Source: Chthonomonadaceae bacterium
GTDB taxonomy: Bacteria > Armatimonadota > Chthonomonadetes > Chthonomonadales > Chthonomonadaceae
Direction of reading: 5' to 3'
Assembly: GCA_035650735.1 (NCBI GenBank)
Contig: DASRGZ010000030.1
Coordinates: forward strand, 1 to 34,230
Length of the DNA stretch: 34,230 nucleotides
Part shown: piece by piece, positions 1 through 8,574 of the stretch
How the letters are laid out: every line of letters starts with the position of its first letter
Numbering within the stretch: position 1 is the stretch's first letter
Notes under the pieces: model-generated
Told to the model about the DNA's origin: nothing
Seen by the model: the letters and a program-made list of their open reading frames with translations, nothing else
Database searches by the model: none
Program-made: the position numbers and the translations under genes

Positions 1-199
1 CGAGCCCAAAGCCTCTAATATCCAATCCGGCGAATTTCTTCCCATATGCGCTGCACCTTGAGGTAGCCATACGATAAGTATTCCCTCGGACTTGATATAA
101 TGAGCGGCTGGCCTATCTCCTCAAGAGGACCCAAGTGCATCACACGCTCTAGGTGGGCAGCACCCTAACCGAAGGTCGCCGTCTAGAATTCTTGATCAG

Positions 200-280
200 A
201 CTGCCCGGGCAGAACGTCTCGCCCACGTAGGTGGGCGACGGGCGCTTGGCGCCCCCGAGCGGCAGGCTGAACCCTGCCGC
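200..280. repeat. Cluster of REP-like palindromes
   Basis: TCGCCCAC-GTAG-GTGGGCGA (219-238) and GCGGCAGGCTGAACCCTGCCGC (259-280); both units recur at 4333-4352 and at 4161-4182 / 4373-4394. Confidence 0.75.
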
Positions 281-309
281 GAATCGCGTTCGCTTTGCTC
301 AACATTCCC

Positions 310-1632
310 ATGACCAAGGATAGATACGAGCCCTGGGATCCGAAGCTGACGTATGTGATCGGCCACCAGCGCCCGGATACCGATACCATCGCCGCCGCGC
401 TGGGCTATGCCTGGTTTCTGACGGCGACCGGGCAGGAGAATACGATTGCGGCGCGGGCCGGGAATCTGGGGCCCCAGGCCCTCTTTGCCCTCAGGCGATT
501 CGAGCAGGCCGCGCCGCGCCTGCTGCCCGATGTCGCCCCGACGTTCGGGCACGCTGCCCGGCACCAGATCGCTGTCTCCCCGGACGACCAGCTTCCGGCG
601 GCCATGTCCCGACTGGCCGAAGGCGACCGCGTCATCCCGGTCGTGGACGCCGATGGGCATCCTACCGGCCTGGTGACGCCGTTGGCGCTGGCGCGCGCCT
701 ATACCGCGATGAACGTGCTGGAGATGCTGGCTCAGCCCTGCCAGAGCATCGCGGAGAAGACGCCGACCTTCTATGAGCGTGACCGCATCAGCGACCACCG
801 CAGCGCCCTGCTGCGCAGCGATAAAGACGACTTTATGGTGATTGATGAGGCCGGGCGCTACGTAGGCGTGGCCACGCGCAGCCGCGTGCTGGAGCCGCGC
901 CGCGCTCGCCTGATTCTGGTGGATCACAACGAGCTTTCCCAGGCGGTAGCGGGCGCAGCAGAGGCCGAGATCGTCTCTGTGCTGGATCACCATCGCCTGG
1001 GCAACCCGCCGACGGCGGCGCCGATCCCCTTTATCGTCGAGCCGGTTGGCAGCACCGCCACGCTGGTGGCCGAGCAGTGCCATGTGCGCTCGCTGCCTCC
1101 GCCCGTCCCCCTGGCCGGAATGCTCCTGAGCGGTATCCTGTCCGACACGCTGCTCTTCCGCTCTCCCACCACGACCGACCGCGACCGGGCCATGGCCGAC
1201 TGGCTGGCGCCGCTGGCGAAGGTGGATATCAACGCCTACGGCACGGAGCTGATGGGCGCCGCTCCTGGCCTGACGGCCCGCACCGCCGAGGAGATCGTGG
1301 ACGGCGACCGCAAGAGCTATCAGTTTGATGGGCTGACCCTCAGCATCGGGCAGGTGGAGGTGAACAGCCTTCAGGAGCTGCCGCAGCGCCGCGCGGAGTT
1401 GCTGGAGGCCCTGGATCAGCGCCTTCATAGCGAAGGGCTGGGGCTCATCTGCCTGATGATTACCGATGTCGTGGCCGAGCGCAGCGTGCTGCTGTGCCGG
1501 GGCGATGGCCGCCTGCTGGCGGCGCTGCCCTTCCGACGCACCGGCGAATACGAGTTCAACCTGGGCGATATGGTCTCCCGCAAAAAGCAGCTGGTTCCGG
1601 CCCTCCACGCCGCCCTGGAAGAGGCCCGCTAA
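310..1632 (+). CDS. ppaC: Manganese-dependent (family II, DHH/DHHA2) inorganic pyrophosphatase with CBS-domain insert
   Basis: Motifs GHQRPDTD, LVDHNE, LDHH, GSTAT, GILSDT and C-terminal SRKKQ; CBS-like segments (IPVVDADG..GLVT, VIDEAG..VGVAT). ATG at 310 preferred over TTG at 295. Confidence 0.9.
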   Translation: MTKDRYEPWDPKLTYVIGHQRPDTDTIAAALGYAWFLTATGQENTIAARAGNLGPQALFALRRFEQAAPRLLPDVAPTFGHAARHQIAVSPDDQLPAAMSRLAEGDRVIPVVDADGHPTGLVTPLALARAYTAMNVLEMLAQPCQSIAEKTPTFYERDRISDHRSALLRSDKDDFMVIDEAGRYVGVATRSRVLEPRRARLILVDHNELSQAVAGAAEAEIVSVLDHHRLGNPPTAAPIPFIVEPVGSTATLVAEQCHVRSLPPPVPLAGMLLSGILSDTLLFRSPTTTDRDRAMADWLAPLAKVDINAYGTELMGAAPGLTARTAEEIVDGDRKSYQFDGLTLSIGQVEVNSLQELPQRRAELLEALDQRLHSEGLGLICLMITDVVAERSVLLCRGDGRLLAALPFRRTGEYEFNLGDMVSRKKQLVPALHAALEEAR

Positions 1633-1669
1633 CGCCCCCAACCGGCCCTCCCGGAGCGGCCCTTCTTGA

Positions 1670-1932
1670 CCTAACCCCCCGGCCCCCTTCCCTGATGCGC
1701 TCACTGCGTTCGCAGGGTCGTCAGGCGGAGGGCTGTCGCAAGGCAGAGCGCCGAACCATTGCAGGCGCGACCCTGGCAGTGGGGGGACCCGGCTTCTCCG
1801 TTTCCCCTGCCTGCGTAGGCAGGCAGCAGGCCTCGTAAGGCGGAGGCGCGAACCATTGCAGCGCCGACCCTGGCAGTAGGCCCCACAGCGGCAGGGTTTA
1901 GCCTGCCGGGAGAGGGGGATAGGGGGTGAGGG
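1670..1932. repeat. Composite REP/REPIN-like intergenic element
   Basis: Outer imperfect inverted arms CCTAACCCCCCGGCCCCCTTCCC (1670-1692) and GGGAGAGGGGGATAGGGGGTGAGGG (1908-1932); inner 1807-1908 is an inverted copy of 4162-4263 with 2 mismatches in 102 bp. Confidence 0.8.
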
Positions 1933-1971
1933 CTATGTTCACGTTACCTCAACACGAAGGAGACTTCCCGC

Positions 1972-3264
1972 ATGGCGCACCGACGTCGCCTTTGGGCGTT
2001 CGCCTCCGCGCTGGCCATCTGCCTGCTGGCCGGGCTGGCCCGCGTCGGCAAGGCACAGGCCTCCCAAACGTCCCGTGAAGCCGCCCCTCTGCCCCCCACG
2101 ACCACTCAGGAGCGGCTGGTCAACCCGACCGGGCTATCCGAGCCGTCCCCTCTCGGCTGGCATACCGATTTCATCGGGCCGCTGCGCGGCGACTTCGACC
2201 TCTCGTTCGGAGTCATCGTCTGGACTAACCGCTTTCAGTTCCGCAATCTCATCTTTGGCGGCACGGTGGACCTGCTGCCGGGGATACGGGCGCGAGGGCA
2301 GTTCCGGCGGCGCGAGGACGATGACAAGGTTTTCCAGGTAGATACCGACGAGGCGTATCTGGAAGCCTATAATCAGTACCGGGCGCCGACGTGGAACGCG
2401 GGCGTGGATCTGCGCATCGGGCGTTCTCGCTACCTGCATTTCCCTTATCCTGACGCCATCGCCATCTTTGACCAGGTTCCCGGCATCGCCGACCTGTCCG
2501 CGCCGGTCGCCACCGACTACCGCGACGTGCTCCTGCAAGCCGAACTGGCTCTCAATAGCGGCTGGGGCGTGCATGGGACCGGCCTGGCGCGGGGATTCGT
2601 GAGCGGCCATGGGATAAACGGGCGCGTCGTCGAGGCGTACGGGTTCTACCGCAGCAATTTCGGGCGCGGCTGGCACGTCGAAGGGCGCGCGGGGTGGCTG
2701 GCCGTGCGTCGGGAGCCGCTGGGCCGCGCAGGACAGCCCGGCCTGAGCGCCTACGTGGGTAAGCAGCTTGGGGAGTTTAACGTGGGGCTTCTGTATGAGA
2801 AAAAGCGGCACGAGTCGGAATACTCCGGCATCATGGTGCAGTTCCGGCCCGGCCCGGTAACGCGGGCGCTGGGGCGCGTCTCCTTCGACTACGACCGCCA
2901 TCCGGAGGGCTTCTCGTTGCAGATACCCGTCTGGCACGGACGCTTGAACGAGAGCCGGTTCGTGCGCTCCGGTGACATTCTGGTGGGCGAGGTGCGCGCC
3001 GTCCGCATCCGCACGCTCTGGCAGCAAGGCTACGTGCGCAACCAGTACGAGCACCGCCTTGAGTCCTGGGGCGAAACCTCCGACCCGCGCCTGCATTGCG
3101 TCGTCATTGAGGAACCCTGGTACTTGCAGGCCGAGGCGTTGGTCAGCCCGCATCTGGTTCCCGATGCTCGCTGGGAGCGCGACCGGCAAGGCCCGGCGCA
3201 GTACGTGCAGCGCGTTACCTACCGCTTCTACCGTCCCTACAGGCGCAGTCCCGGAGGCGCGTGA
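1972..3264 (+). CDS. Secreted hypothetical protein, possibly an outer-membrane beta-barrel
   Basis: SD AAGGAG upstream; signal-peptide-like N-terminus; many alternating aromatic/Gly beta-strand-like segments. No family recognised. Confidence 0.65.
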   Translation: MAHRRRLWAFASALAICLLAGLARVGKAQASQTSREAAPLPPTTTQERLVNPTGLSEPSPLGWHTDFIGPLRGDFDLSFGVIVWTNRFQFRNLIFGGTVDLLPGIRARGQFRRREDDDKVFQVDTDEAYLEAYNQYRAPTWNAGVDLRIGRSRYLHFPYPDAIAIFDQVPGIADLSAPVATDYRDVLLQAELALNSGWGVHGTGLARGFVSGHGINGRVVEAYGFYRSNFGRGWHVEGRAGWLAVRREPLGRAGQPGLSAYVGKQLGEFNVGLLYEKKRHESEYSGIMVQFRPGPVTRALGRVSFDYDRHPEGFSLQIPVWHGRLNESRFVRSGDILVGEVRAVRIRTLWQQGYVRNQYEHRLESWGETSDPRLHCVVIEEPWYLQAEALVSPHLVPDARWERDRQGPAQYVQRVTYRFYRPYRRSPGGA

Positions 3265-3431
3265 TCACCGGGCGCACAACGTACGGGGTGAAGGCCTATA
3301 GAGCCGAGGTGGGGGCGAAAACGCAATGGCTCTGACCCGGCGAACAAAGGCGAGGAGGGTTGGATGCAGACACGGAGCCTCGCTGGGGAGAGTGGACTTC
3401 CAGGAGTGCCAGCAGAGGCAAGGAGGGTTGG

Positions 3432-4130
3432 ATGTATACTGCGGAAGAGAAAGCGTTCTTTCTGGAGCAGGGCTATCTGCACGCGCGCAGCGTCCTGACC
3501 GGCGACTACCTGGAGCATATCCGCTCGGAGTTTGACCGGGTCTGGGAGGCGGAAAAGCCGAAGGTCAACCAGCACAGGCTGCTCAAATACCAGACCTTCC
3601 TAGACCTCATCGCGCACCCGCCCATCCTGGAGCGCCACAAGGCCATCTTCGGGGAGCAGGTGCAGTTGCTGCAGTACGACTTTTTGCGCCAGGGGCCGCG
3701 CAGTGACTTTCCTGAGCGGGCGTGGCACCGGGATTTTACCTTCCCCGGCGAGCGTCCGCTCTCTATCAACACCATTCTCTATCTCGACGATATGACGGAG
3801 GAGGTCGGCCCCACGCGCGTCGTACCGGGCACCCATCGGGGTGAAAGCTGGCCGCCGCACGCGCAGGCTCACGATCCCCTGCCGGGCGAAGTGGCCGTCT
3901 ACGCCGAGGCCGGGGACGCCGTATTCATCAACTCGGCCATCTGGCACACCGGGGGCCGCAACCGGGGCGCGGGTCTGCGGCGGGGCATCTACCTCTACTA
4001 CGGCTACTGGTGGCTGAAGCGCTATGAGTCGGAGACGGCGCTGCCCTGGCAAGCCTTCGAGAACGCCAGCGAGCAGCGCCTGCGCCTGCTGGGTGTCAAA
4101 ATGCCGGCCCACGACATCCATATGTATTAA
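3432..4130 (+). CDS. Phytanoyl-CoA dioxygenase (PhyH) family Fe(II)/2OG oxygenase
   Basis: F.EQGYL N-terminus, WHRD (HxD), GPTRVVPGTH, AGDAVF, IWHTGG.N...R; SD AGGAGG at 3421 supports ATG 3432. Confidence 0.88.
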   Translation: MYTAEEKAFFLEQGYLHARSVLTGDYLEHIRSEFDRVWEAEKPKVNQHRLLKYQTFLDLIAHPPILERHKAIFGEQVQLLQYDFLRQGPRSDFPERAWHRDFTFPGERPLSINTILYLDDMTEEVGPTRVVPGTHRGESWPPHAQAHDPLPGEVAVYAEAGDAVFINSAIWHTGGRNRGAGLRRGIYLYYGYWWLKRYESETALPWQAFENASEQRLRLLGVKMPAHDIHMY

Positions 4131-4160
4131 GCAGGCGGCGAGGTCGTCCGAGGCCTTTGT

Positions 4161-4394
4161 GCGGCAGGCTGAACCCTGCCGCTGTGGGGCCTACTGCCAG
4201 GGTCGGCGCTGCAATGGTTCGCGCCTCCGCCTTACAAGGCCTGCTGCCTGCCTACGCAGGCAGAAGATCCGGGAGATACGCAGGAGCGTCACCATCATGC
4301 TCTATGGGCACTGCCTACGCAGGCAGAGCGTTTCGCCCACGGAGGTGGGCGACGGGCGCAAAGCGCCCCACAGCGGCAGGGTTCAGCCTGCCGC
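4161..4394. repeat. Composite REP-like element between convergent genes
   Basis: Ends are inverted copies of GCGGCAGGCTGAACCCTGCCGCTGTGGGGC; contains CTGCCTACGCAGGCAG twice and TCGCCCAC-GGAG-GTGGGCGA. Confidence 0.8.
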
Positions 4395-4416
4395 AAAGAT
4401 TTGCCGGATGCATCAC

Positions 4417-5991
4417 TCAGGAGAGGGGATGAAGCGGAAACGTCACGGTGACGCGCGCTCCGCCGTCCGGCACGTTCGCAAAGGCGATCTGGCCGCCCAG
4501 GTCGCGCTGCACCAGGACGGTGACAAGCTCCAGTCCCAGAGAGGCCGAGGCCGCCGGGTCAAAGCCGGGAGGAAAGCCCCAGCCGTTGTCGGAAACCGTC
4601 AGCACCGCCTGCTCCCCCTGCGCCACCAGTGAGACGCGCACCTCGCCCCCGGCCTGGCGGCCACGGAATGCGTGCTCGGCTGCGTTGGCGCAGAGCTCCT
4701 GCACCACCAGAGCCAGCGCTGTAGCGATGCGGGCGAGCAGCGTGACATCGGCCACGTCCAGAGCGGGGTGAATGGCCTCCTGACCACGCGCGTTCAGGCG
4801 CACGGCTTTGGGGACGATCTGGCGCAGCAGTTCCCGCGCGCCCACCTGTCCGGTTTGTGCCTCCGGTCGGCTCAACAGCGCATGGACGGCGCCGATGGCC
4901 TGCACCTGGCGGATACTCTTGCGCAGGGCCGCCTCGCCTTCCCCCGGCCCCAACTCTGCCGCCTGCATATCCATGATCGCGGCCAGCGCCTGAAGATTGT
5001 TCTCAATGCGATGATTGGCCGCCTGCACCGTCGCCTCCATCCACCGGCTGCGCTCCCGCTCGGCCTGGTAGAGGCGTGCGTTCTGAATGGCTGCCGCTGC
5101 CTGCCCGGCAAAGGGCAGTAGCGCTTCCACATCCTCCATCGTGATCGGCCTACTGGTGAGCAGGTTGTCTACGCAGAGCAAGCCGACGAGCGCGCCTCCG
5201 GCCCGCAAGGCGATCATGGCATGGTGCTGCACGCCGTGCATCTCATCCTCGACAGGCAGCCCCTGGTCGTACTGCTCCACCAGATGAATATCCCGCACGC
5301 CCTGATACATCTCCAGTACCGGGCTCGGTTCCACTAGGGAAAATCGAAAGGAGACGCGAGGGAAGAGCTGCCGCTTGCCGTTCCGATCCGTGCCGATCAT
5401 CCGGTAGAAATGCCTGGAAGCGCCATTCATCACGAACAGAGCGCAACGGTCGAAGTGCAGTGGGCCGGTGACGGCCTCATGGATCGCGCTAAAAATTGCG
5501 TCCAGGTCGAGGAGGCGCGAAACCGTCAGCGACACCTCCATCAGCGCTTTCTGTCGGGCCAGCAGCCGCGTTTCCTTCGTGACCTCCTCCGCCACCAGCA
5601 GCGCGCTGTCTACGATCCCCGCTTCGCCCTGAAGCGGCAGGAAGCGCAGATTCCATACGGTCTCGCCGCGCTCGCGCTGGTCGGGAAAAGTTAAGGTAAA
5701 ACCACGCAGTTCTACTGTCTCCCCCTGGAACACGCGCGCAAAATAGGGCGCAAGCTGCGCCTGCGCTTCGGGATGCGACGCGAGAACCGGCCTGCCGAGC
5801 AACTGTTCCGGCGTTGTGCCTGTCAGGTCGGCATAGCGCTGATTGATCTCGATATAATGCAGGTCTGTATCTACGATGGCGAACGCAACCGGCAGCGACG
5901 TCAGGAGTGTTTCGATGTGCTGTAGGCGGGCCTGGGCATCCAGACGCTCGGAGGAAAAGAGAGGGACCGATTTCGTGACGGATTGATTCAT
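4417..5991 (-). CDS. PAS-GAF sensor histidine kinase, HisKA_2 type
   Basis: PAS segment (INQRYADLTG...LLGRP), GAF segment, H-box NHRIENNLQ, N-box ELCANAAEHA, DNGWG, SLGL, GGARV. Start could alternatively be 6075. Confidence 0.88.
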   Translation of the reverse strand: MNQSVTKSVPLFSSERLDAQARLQHIETLLTSLPVAFAIVDTDLHYIEINQRYADLTGTTPEQLLGRPVLASHPEAQAQLAPYFARVFQGETVELRGFTLTFPDQRERGETVWNLRFLPLQGEAGIVDSALLVAEEVTKETRLLARQKALMEVSLTVSRLLDLDAIFSAIHEAVTGPLHFDRCALFVMNGASRHFYRMIGTDRNGKRQLFPRVSFRFSLVEPSPVLEMYQGVRDIHLVEQYDQGLPVEDEMHGVQHHAMIALRAGGALVGLLCVDNLLTSRPITMEDVEALLPFAGQAAAAIQNARLYQAERERSRWMEATVQAANHRIENNLQALAAIMDMQAAELGPGEGEAALRKSIRQVQAIGAVHALLSRPEAQTGQVGARELLRQIVPKAVRLNARGQEAIHPALDVADVTLLARIATALALVVQELCANAAEHAFRGRQAGGEVRVSLVAQGEQAVLTVSDNGWGFPPGFDPAASASLGLELVTVLVQRDLGGQIAFANVPDGGARVTVTFPLHPLS

Positions 5992-6423
5992 GGCGGCATT
6001 ACCTGATCTTCCCGGAAGTAGGCAGCCAACTGCGCGGGTGCAGGCGGGAGAAAGCGCCTGTCCGAATGCCGTCATGAACTTCGGAGCGAAGGCCTCAAGG
6101 GAATAGGGATTGTACGCGGCGAATCTAGGAAGGCAGGAAGCTGCGCTTTATGGCAAATCAGGCACCCTTCGAACCGGAAGCACTAAAGCAAGCGCCCGGG
6201 CCAGCAGGCCCTATGTCCCGCTCTGCGCGTGCCTGAATGGCCGCCATCGTGGGAAGGGCAGGAGCCGCGCTGAATAAAGAGCAGCAAAATACAGACTGAA
6301 TTATGACACATTAAACCCTCAAAAGCAAGAGCGCGCGGGGAAAATTGGCTAAAATTTTACAGTGTTCTTCTCAGGCAAATTTATTCACCCGCTGCGAACA
6401 ATCCTGCATTCGGAGGTAAAAAG

Positions 6424-7446
6424 ATGCGAGCGATGGTCTTGACACAGCCCGGACCGGTGGAGACGGCGCCACTGCAACTGCGCGACTTGCCGATACCAGA
6501 ACCGGAGGCGGGCGAGGTACGCCTCCGGGTCGAAGTGTGCGGAGTCTGCCGTACGGACCTGCATGTCGTAGAAGGCGAGCTTCCGCCGCGCCGCGAGAGC
6601 GTCATTCCGGGCCATGAGGTCATCGGCTGGGTAGAGCGCTGCGGCCCGGGGGCGATGCGCTTCCAGGTTGGCGACCGGGTTGGGGTGGCCTGGCTGCACG
6701 CCGCCTGCGGGGTCTGTCCCTACTGCCGTCGGGGCGACGAGAACCTGTGCGACGCGCCCCGCTTCACCGGCTACGATGTCAACGGCGGCTATGCCGAATA
6801 CATGACCGCGCCGGAGGACTTTATCTACCCGATACCGGAAGGCGTCTCCTCGCGCGAGGCCGCTCCCTTCCTGTGCGCAGGCATCATCGGCTACCGGGCG
6901 CTGCGCCGCAGCGATGTTGAACCGGGAGAGACGCTGGGACTTTACGGTTTCGGCGCTTCGGCCCATATTGTCATCCAGATTGCGCGCCATTGGGGCTGCG
7001 AGGTCTACGTCTGTACGCGCGGAGAGAGCCACCAGGCTCTGGCACGGCAGATGGGGGCCGTCTGGGTCGGCCCTTCTGACGCCGTGCCACCGAAGAAGCT
7101 GCGCAGCAGCATCCTCTTTGCGCCGGTGGGCGAGCTGGTCCCGGTGGCGCTTTCGGCCCTGGATAAGGGCGGCACGCTGGCGCTGGCGGGCATCTACATG
7201 ACGCCGATCCCGCAGATGGACTACCAGAAGTACCTCTTCCTGGAGCGCAACCTGCGCAGCGTCACCGCCAATACCCGCGCCGACGGCGAGGCGCTGCTGC
7301 GGTTGGCGGCGGAGGTTCCCCTGCACACGCACACCGAAGAGTTTCCGCTAGAGCAGGCCAACGAGGCGCTTCAGAAGCTCAAGCGCGACCAGATCAACGG
7401 CGCGGCGGTGCTGCGCGTTTCCCAGGAAGGCTCCAAATCTGCTTAA
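6424..7446 (+). CDS. Zinc-dependent alcohol dehydrogenase family protein
   Basis: CRTDLH, GHE, structural Zn CGVCPYC...C, GFGASA Rossmann motif; SD GGAGGT. Confidence 0.93.
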   Translation: MRAMVLTQPGPVETAPLQLRDLPIPEPEAGEVRLRVEVCGVCRTDLHVVEGELPPRRESVIPGHEVIGWVERCGPGAMRFQVGDRVGVAWLHAACGVCPYCRRGDENLCDAPRFTGYDVNGGYAEYMTAPEDFIYPIPEGVSSREAAPFLCAGIIGYRALRRSDVEPGETLGLYGFGASAHIVIQIARHWGCEVYVCTRGESHQALARQMGAVWVGPSDAVPPKKLRSSILFAPVGELVPVALSALDKGGTLALAGIYMTPIPQMDYQKYLFLERNLRSVTANTRADGEALLRLAAEVPLHTHTEEFPLEQANEALQKLKRDQINGAAVLRVSQEGSKSA

Positions 7447-7551
7447 AAGGCGGGAGGGAAAATCGCCTTTTGGCTAATACCGGGCGGGACTTACTGTAAT
7501 TGCAAGACGCGGCCTTATGAACCGTGACTTTTTCATCGGGTAATCCCTGGT

Positions 7552-7590
7552 TCGTAGGGCCATTCACCTAAGGACCTAGCCGCCCTACGA
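7552..7590. repeat. Short GTAG-type inverted repeat (REP remnant)
   Basis: TCGTAGGGC...GCCCTACGA inverted arms in an intergenic region. Confidence 0.4.
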
Positions 7591-7682
7591 TTACCGGATT
7601 TAGTTGCCAAGGTTCATAAGGCCGCGTCTACTCTTGCCCGTTCCCCATTAGCAAGCCAGTCTCTACGGGCGATAGAAAGAGT

Positions 7683-8546
7683 ATGCAAAACAGACAGAGC
7701 GCATGGCGCTTCGCCAAAGCGCAAGACATTGCCACACGATATGCTCAACAACAGAATGTGGAGGCGATCCTCATCGGAGGCTCGGTGGCGCGAGGCTGCG
7801 CGGATCGCTTCTCGGATGTCGAAGTCGGCGTCTTTTGGCGTGAGTTGCCGCCGCCCGCCGTCCATGCGGCGCTCATGCAACAGGCAGGCGGGCAAGACTG
7901 GGTACTTGATCCCTTTGATCCAGAGACGGAGGACGTGCAGTTCGAAGAATACGCGGTCTCCAGCCTGAAAATAGATATGCGGCACATGACCGTCGCCGGC
8001 ATGGAGCGTATCCTGGCGTCCGTCGTAGACAATGCCGACGCCAACGAAGCAAGACAAGGGCTCGTCTACGTGGTCCGGCATGGCCTCCCCCTCTACGGCC
8101 AGGCTTTGCTTGCCGGCTGGCGGCAAAAGACGGACCTCTATCCAGAGGCTCTAGCCTATGAAATGGCGCGTCGCTCCCTGGACCTTCCGCCGTGGGATTA
8201 CATGCCCCTCTATATCCAGCGCGGCGATTTGCTCCTGTTCTCCTGTGCGCTTGCCGAGGCTGTGCAGGCCATCTTCCGAGCGCTGTGCGGCGTCAACCGC
8301 GAGTACTATCCGGGCTTGAAGTGGATGAACGACACGTTGCGCAGCTTTGCTCTGCAGCCAGCAAACACAGCCGCACGACTCCATCGCCTCTTTCGCGTCC
8401 CGCCTGGCGAAGCTGCTGAGGCCGTGCGCGACCTGGTAGAAGAAACGTTCGATCTGGCAGAACGCACCCTGCCCGGCCTTGACCTCTCCCAGCACCGTGC
8501 CAACTTTCGCTATACCCGGCCTGTGGCAGAGGCTCCATCTCCATAG
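7683..8546 (+). CDS. Nucleotidyltransferase-fold protein (DUF4037-like)
   Basis: Pol-beta NTase signature GGSVARG.AD.FSD.E near the N-terminus; C-terminal helical region with N.EYYP..KW. Confidence 0.7.
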   Translation: MQNRQSAWRFAKAQDIATRYAQQQNVEAILIGGSVARGCADRFSDVEVGVFWRELPPPAVHAALMQQAGGQDWVLDPFDPETEDVQFEEYAVSSLKIDMRHMTVAGMERILASVVDNADANEARQGLVYVVRHGLPLYGQALLAGWRQKTDLYPEALAYEMARRSLDLPPWDYMPLYIQRGDLLLFSCALAEAVQAIFRALCGVNREYYPGLKWMNDTLRSFALQPANTAARLHRLFRVPPGEAAEAVRDLVEETFDLAERTLPGLDLSQHRANFRYTRPVAEAPSP

Positions 8547-8574
8547 GTATCGTCCTCCAGCGAAGCCTTGCGGG

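Noticed and set aside
1..180. Lower-GC stretch with possible minus-strand gene start running off the window
   Set aside because: Too short to choose a frame or product.
196..1704. 502-aa minus-strand ORF, and similar long shadow ORFs at 2134-3189, 6385-7332, 10534-11370 and 29886-30866
   Set aside because: Antisense to well-supported genes in GC-rich DNA, with no motifs of their own.
4024..4632. 202-aa ORF and related short ORFs at 4157-4432 and 1701-1886 that share peptide sequence
   Set aside because: The similarity comes from translating the REP-like repeat, not from paralogous genes.
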